A program made the position numbers and the translations under genes. 64,000 nucleotides of DNA. Origin: Amphiscolops sp. MND2022 (lineage: Eukaryota). Under the pieces are notes generated by a model that was not told the origin of the DNA, ran no database searches, and worked only from the letters and a program-made list of their open reading frames with translations. Every line of letters starts with the position of its first letter. The stretch's first letter is position 1. The stretch covers positions 50,470,001 through 50,534,000 of the forward strand of contig OZ076413.1 of NCBI GenBank assembly GCA_964187785.1, read 5' to 3'. Shown here piece after piece: positions 58,159-64,000 of this stretch.

Positions 58159-58878
58159 TGTAACGTCCACCAGTCAACACCAAATTTTCGATGAAAAATT
58201 CGATCAAGAACCAGAAAATGTGCGAATCAAAATGGCCGACCTGGCAGGTCGTTGAAACCCAAAAATGAAAAGAGAGAACACGCGAACAGGAAGAACAACA
58301 GGAGATGATAAAGAAAGGAAGCAAAACGACTATTGACATGAAGATTCACACGGTGCAGAATACGACGAACGCTACCCGGTGCTATGCCATCCCTCTGGGA
58401 GAGAAAGCAGAACTGTTCTAGAATGGCATGACTGGATCCCCGAAAATCTACAAACAGTAACTGTATTCTCACTTGGGGCTTATCCCCCTTTAATTTGTTA
58501 ATTTATAATGCACTTTGTTATTTCCCCCATGCCTGACCTTCTAGGTCAGCATTTCATGTCCATAACTGTCGAAATGACATTTTTCGGATAAACATCTTTT
58601 TGGACCTCGGAAGTATGTAGGAGATGGCGGGAACGCGCTAAAAACCTTAGGATTTGTTTTTACAGGCTTGTGGGGCGTGTCCGGACTTTGAGAGTGCCGG
58701 CACGTCGCCTCGGAGCTCTAACTAGAGGAGCCTCCTTAGACGTTAGAAAAGTCCCCCATGGAGACCATTTTGGGATCAAAAACTAGTGTTTAGGAGTGTA
58801 GTAAGACAACGGTCTCCTGTTTAAGCACCCTAGGCATTGTCCCTCTTCCTAGATGTGCGCCGCTAGCCGGACGTTACA
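58159..58878 (+). repeat. 3' LTR of element 3 (720 bp)
   Basis: Direct repeat of 39598-40316, preceded by the PPT. Confidence 0.96.
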
Positions 58879-60726
58879 TGACGTGGCACTCGAACATGGT
58901 TTTGCAAAGTACCTGTCAGCAGAAATCATAGAGACAGCAATTGAAGTGCCCCGCAAAAGGCGGAGAACGAACGAGAACTCGTATACCACCACGAATTGGT
59001 AAAAACAGATAGCCTATGCGCTAGAATCCACGGTGTCTGCCTGTTAGAACCCACTTTGGCAGGATCTACCCGAAAAACAGGATGACGGCGTAATTGCAGT
59101 GTCCGTGCCCGGGGGTTGTGCCCAGCTCAAGCGCTGGCGCCATCCCGCCCGAAAGCCCACCCACTTCGCCAAACTGGACTTTTTTTATTTTGTTGTAGTG
59201 CTTATCGCATTTGTTCGATGAATTCTTAGCTCGAGGGCTACCCATATCATGTGCTATTTACATCAGATTCCCATCTGGAGAAATTCAGTTCTGTGCTACC
59301 TTGTCGTTTTTATAGGCTATTTACGCAGTGGTTGCGAGAAGAAAGCGTAATTCCTGTGACTTTTAGCAGAAACAGACTGGAATCAGGTCAGAAATTATCC
59401 CTAGAGACGGCTCCCCCTCCTCGGGACCGGCTGTCCTTAGGAGGACAAAGCGAGCTGATGTCATGGTGGTTTGTCCCGGACCATATCCATAGTACCAGTT
59501 CCTCCACTCCAATGTTACGACACAATCGCTCAGCACTTGCCGTTACACTAAAGGGCATCCCTTTCGATTTTTTTCGGCGCTGTGCGACTTTTTCCGAAAA
59601 CTTTTCAATGTCTCCAAAGGGTCCCTTCAATTTTTCTAATCTTTTGCAACAAACTGGGTTTTCAAAAAACCCAAAAGCTCTGCCTCATAATTTTAAAAAC
59701 TTTAGCTTTTCGAGCCTTAAATATAGCGCCGGCTTTAGACGTTTCCGTTTTGTTTAACCCCAAAAAATACTAAATTACCGGGTTGTCTCTTCATTCTTCA
59801 TTTCGCGCACTCTTTAACATAATGCGCTGTGGGTCAATGGTTTTTCTTTTTTTGTCATTTGACTTTTTTCATTGTGTTTTGGCATCTTCCATTTAAAACT
59901 TTTTGGACCTTGAAACACAAAAAAAAATCTTGAGTCATTTTCACTCCAATCTCATCTATATTTCGTCCTCATTTTTCTACAATGCCGACAAACAGCCACT
60001 CGTGCATGATTCAATTGTCAGATGACGTCAGCCTTTTTCGCTGGTTTGTTTAACTTTCAAAACTTCGGCTAGTCACATAGGAAGGATTCAACGAGTCCTT
60101 TCTTTGATTATTTCACAAATCTCTACTAGTTACAAAAATTTTACACTTTCCTTTTTGTTCGCCTAATTTTTTCCATTTCAGTTAGGGTTTTCTGTCATTT
60201 CCATAGTTTTCAGATAAGATGAAGCCATTTTCGAACCTAGAGAGTCCCTGTATATTTTTCGGCACAGTGGGTTCAATTTGAGCATTCTTTGAACATTAGA
60301 AAATGAATTCGACAATGGACGTTTGCACTGAAAGCACAAAAATCAACTTTCTGACCGTTTTTAATGCAAATTCAAATTGTAAAATCTTTGAAGTTTTTGT
60401 CGGGAAAAACGACTATTTTCAGCTTTATGAATCCTAGCGTAAATTTTCCACAGTTGTCAACAATTTTTCGAAAATGAAGCCTAAGCTGATTTCGAGAAAA
60501 TTGTATCAAAACCATGGCTACAGTCGAAACAACTTCTCTCGACATACAGACGTTATAGACTTAACTATTTCAAGACTTTTCAGCAGATTTTTTTTTCATT
60601 TTGGATCAGAGATTCTTTAGTCTCGGGTCTGGTTTGAGAGCAAAGATTGTCAATTTTGGTGTAAGGTGTTGAAAATGAATTGTACTCTTTATGTTATGAA
60701 ACACTTGAAAAACTGATGATCCCTGC

Positions 60727-60840
60727 CTTTCATTGCAACTGCATTCATAAGATTCTTCTCATTGCCAGCCTGCAGAATATTGTATCCCCGGATAGTCGGG
60801 AACGCAAACTTGTTGTCTATCCTGCATACAGAGGTTTTTA
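60727..60840 (-). pseudogene. Upstream exon of the cathepsin L-like gene
   Basis: CRIDNKFAFPTIRGYNILQAGNEKNLMNAVAMK-G joins in phase 1 to GPIAV at 39233; donor reads GCAGGG; 5' boundary uncertain. Confidence 0.75.
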
Positions 60841-61019
60841 GAGCATTTGTACAAGCTTCTCTTTTGAGTATTAACTCGTATAATCAAATAATAGCAGTTA
60901 ATTCATAAACTCGTATATTCAAATAATAGCAGTTAATTCAACTAAGTGACTACCCGTGCTGACTACCCGTGCTGACAACCCGTTTGTTTTGCCTTGGCTA
61001 TATTTGTTCTGCAGCATTG

Positions 61020-62065
61020 CCCGGGTCGACCCTCCATGGATATCTTAGTAAGATCTTGGAAAGATCTTGCCAAGATCTTGGAAAAATCTTAACTAAGATC
61101 GTGACAAGATATTGCCAAGAATTGCAAGATGCCATGGTAAGATCTTATCAAGAGAGCCACGTTTCCAAGAAAAATCTTACTAAGAAGCCCAATATAGCAA
61201 GAAAAATCTAACTTATAAGAAGCCGAATATGGCAAGAGAAAAATTGCTACAAACTGCTCGATATCGAGAAAAAGTAGAATCAGAAAACCATTAAATTAAG
61301 AGTTATGGAAAAAATAATCTAGACATCACTCAAAAGAAAGTTACTGAATGATTTTTACAACCATATCGATATTGTTCTTTCAATTGCAAAACTGTCGCCA
61401 ACAACGGCGTCAGAAAAGCCTTGAGCTGAATCATTACCCAAATTAGAGCAATGACCGCCGTTTCTAGCAGTAATAAGGCTGCTGAAACAGGCTCAAAGAA
61501 AGCTCGAAGTATGATTTTTACTAAAATTTCAGGATTTTAAGGTCTTTCCTTTGTAACTTTCCGATAGTGGGTCTGGACGTTTGAGAGCATATTTCTCCGC
61601 CTCTGGAATCGACAGGAGTGATAAATTACAAGTTTTGGAAAGCCCTTGAAATGACCTTTCATTTGGTACATTCGCATTTCTCAGTCCTAAACAGGTGAGC
61701 AGTTATTAGGATTCTCGTCAAAATTTTGTAAGCCAGACTACGTTATCGTAATTTTTCACGCATTTTTGCATGCAAAATTTTTTCAGCAGGTTTAAGCATT
61801 TTGATTATGAAAACGAGTAGAAATGGTCGTTGTTGGGTGATATGAGCCTATAGATTGAGTCTCGGCTGCCTGTACCGAAGGTATAGTGTTTTTTATAATC
61901 TTAAAATTTTGTCCATCGTGATAAGATACGATCTTGGAATAAGTATTATCTTAGTAAGATCTTAATAAGAATCTTGCCATGGGATCCATAGTTGCCAAGA
62001 TGTAGTAAGAATTTGGCAAGATCTTGCCAAGACAGCCAAGATGCTAGTAGGAGGGTCATCTCGGG
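61020..62065. mobile_element. Putative MITE / non-autonomous DNA transposon (about 1.05 kb)
   Basis: Imperfect TIRs CCCGGGTCGACCCTCC / GGAGGGTCATCTCGGG with subterminal AAGATCTTGCCAAGA repeats at both ends. Confidence 0.5.
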
Positions 62066-62929
62066 TGCCTACTGTACATCGCGGCTCGCGTACACGGCAA
62101 TTTCATTCTTTCTATAATCTTGAATGTCTATTTGTGAAAAGTTGATTGTCGATTTAATTGCAAAACTGTCGCCAACAACGGCGTCAGAAAAGCCTTGAGC
62201 TGAATCATTACCCAAATTAGAGCAATGACCGCCGTTTCTAGCAGTAATAAGGCTGCTGAAACAGGCTCAAAGAAAGCTCGAAGTATGATTTTTACTAAAA
62301 TTTCAGGATTTTAAGGTCTTTCCTTTGTAACTTTCCGATAGTGGGTCTGGACGTTTGAGAGCATATTTCTCCGCCTCTGGAATCGACAGGAGTGATAAAT
62401 TACAAGTTTTGAAAAGCCCTTGAAATGACCTTTCATTTGGTACATTCGCATTTCTCAGTCCTAAACAGGTGAGCAGTTATTAGGATTCTCGTCAAAATTT
62501 TGTAAGCCAGACTACGTTATCGTAATTTTTCACGCATTTTTGCATGCAAAATTTTTTCAGCAGGTTTAAGCATTTTGATTATGAAAACGAGTAGAAATGG
62601 TCGTTGTTGGTTGATATGAGCCTATAGATTGAGTCTCGGCTGCCTGTACCGAAGGTATAGTGTTTTTTATAATCTTAAAATTTTGTCCATCGTGATAAGA
62701 TACGATCTTGGAATAAGTATTATCTTAGTAAGATCTTAATAAGAATCTTGCCATGGGATCCATAGTTGCCAAGATGTAGTAAGAATTTGGCAATATCTTG
62801 CCAAGACAGCCAAGATGCTAGTAAGAGGGTCATCTCGGGTGCCTACAGTACATCGCGGCTCGCGTACACGGCAATTTCATTCTTTCTATAATCTTGAATG
62901 TCTATTTGTGAAAAGTTGATTGTCGATTT
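61382..62929. repeat. 774-bp tandem duplication (61382-62155, 62156-62929)
   Basis: Two near-identical copies with a handful of substitutions; AATT microhomology at the junction. Confidence 0.92.
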
Positions 62930-64000
62930 AATTTAATTAACCAATCACAAACAAGCTGTTACCGAGCGATTCAAATGTTGAATGACGTTTATTAAATTTT
63001 TAGCGTCATACACTGTAGTATTAATTGCTGCAGAACTTCTTGAGTGCAGAAGTAAATTTTTGAAAATTTAAATAACCTTCGGATTCTACAGTGATGTGAA
63101 GAAAGAATGCGACTTAGCTGCTCAAAAAGGCTAATTTTGCATTCTCATATCTTCAAAACTATTCGAAATGGTTCAATTTGATAAAAACAAAAGTTTCTTG
63201 AATTTTTGCTATGAATACAATGGTTTTTGTTTGAAATTTCAATCATCATTGTTTCCGAATTTAAAAACATGTGATTTTGGGAGGAAAATATTCAAAATTG
63301 TTAATTTTTGAGAAAATATCAGTGATCCAATAAAAATATCTTGATAAATTTTGTCTTGCAGATACTCTCAAATCTCTCGAAAACGAAGATGTAATTTGAT
63401 TTTGGATATAGTTGGAAAATGTATATTGATGGGAGTTTTACCAAGTGTAAGTCTGAAATTCCTATCCTAATACATGTATTTTCAATTTTACTGAACGAAA
63501 AAGTGCTCCCATTTTTGTTTGCTTGGTGATTTCCACAAACAAAAAACTATCATGGGATTGAGAAAAATCAGAGATTTTTTTGGTATAATTTTCATCTAAA
63601 AAATATCCCCGAAAGACGGTAAATTATTGAAAATACTTATTTTTGCGAGCAATCGAAGCCCGTTAAACCAATGAGATTTGAGTAGCGATGTTTTGTGAAC
63701 CAATCAGATTAGAGAATTCTTTGCATTCTGAGCAACTAAGTCGCATTCTTTCTTCACACCACTTTATAATGAAATAAAAATTTTCAATAATTTTCCATGA
63801 TTCACAATTCATTTTTTTGAAAAGTGTGAAAATTTTTGGAAATAGTGACTGATTATCCAAAATTGCCTCCACCGGTGGTCACTGCTGGTTTGCGGTGGAG
63901 TGCCAGTACGGGTAGTTAAATGAAAACTCTGAAAACTTAATGATATAGAAAACATCTAGCAGGCGAAATTTCATTGAAAAATTTTCATTCAAAAACTAGA

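Larger units (their letters stand above)
39598..58878 (+). mobile_element. Full-length 19.3 kb Ty3/Gypsy LTR retrotransposon (element 3)
   Basis: LTRs 39598-40316 and 58159-58878, which differ only by three 1-nt indels as far as I can see; TGTAACGTCC...GGACGTTACA termini; PPT GGGGAGGA at 58151-58158; flanked by TGA/TGA. Confidence 0.97.
39536..59547. mobile_element. Solo LTR B (about 728 bp: 39536-39597 plus 58882-59547) split by element 3
   Basis: TGTAACG...CGTTACA termini, length like the element 3 LTR, flanked by CTA/CTA. Confidence 0.72.

Overview
Repeat-rich eukaryotic (probably invertebrate animal) genomic DNA dominated by three full-length Ty3/Gypsy-type LTR retrotransposons. Element 1 spans 773-16985 (minus strand, about 2.26 kb LTRs, TSD CCGAG). 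Element 2 spans 20995-37243 (minus, 2167 bp LTRs, TSD GTCTC) and is a frameshifted relative of element 1. Both share a complex, virus-like layout: gag starts inside the 5' LTR and reads through the PBS, gag-pol is joined by an A-AAA-AAC -1 slippery site, and a small extra ORF runs into the 3' LTR. The standout feature is a large ANTISENSE, multi-intron gene in both (1070 aa in element 1) encoding a BED-like zinc-finger protein that looks like a catalytically dead hAT transposase. Element 3 spans 39598-58878 (plus, about 720 bp LTRs). It encodes a 3068-aa Gag-Pol with tandem protease-like domains and C-terminal TARG1-like macrodomains, plus an approximately 1360-codon extra ORF with an SGNH-like domain. 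Element 3 and two solo LTRs with the same TGTAACG...CGTTACA termini all show 3-bp target duplications. Elements 2 and 3 sit inside those solo LTRs, and the element 3 nest lies in a 21.5 kb intron of a cathepsin L-like (pseudo)gene. A 200-N gap, small repeats and a 774-bp tandem duplication complete the window. All domain calls are by-eye motif recognition, not database results.
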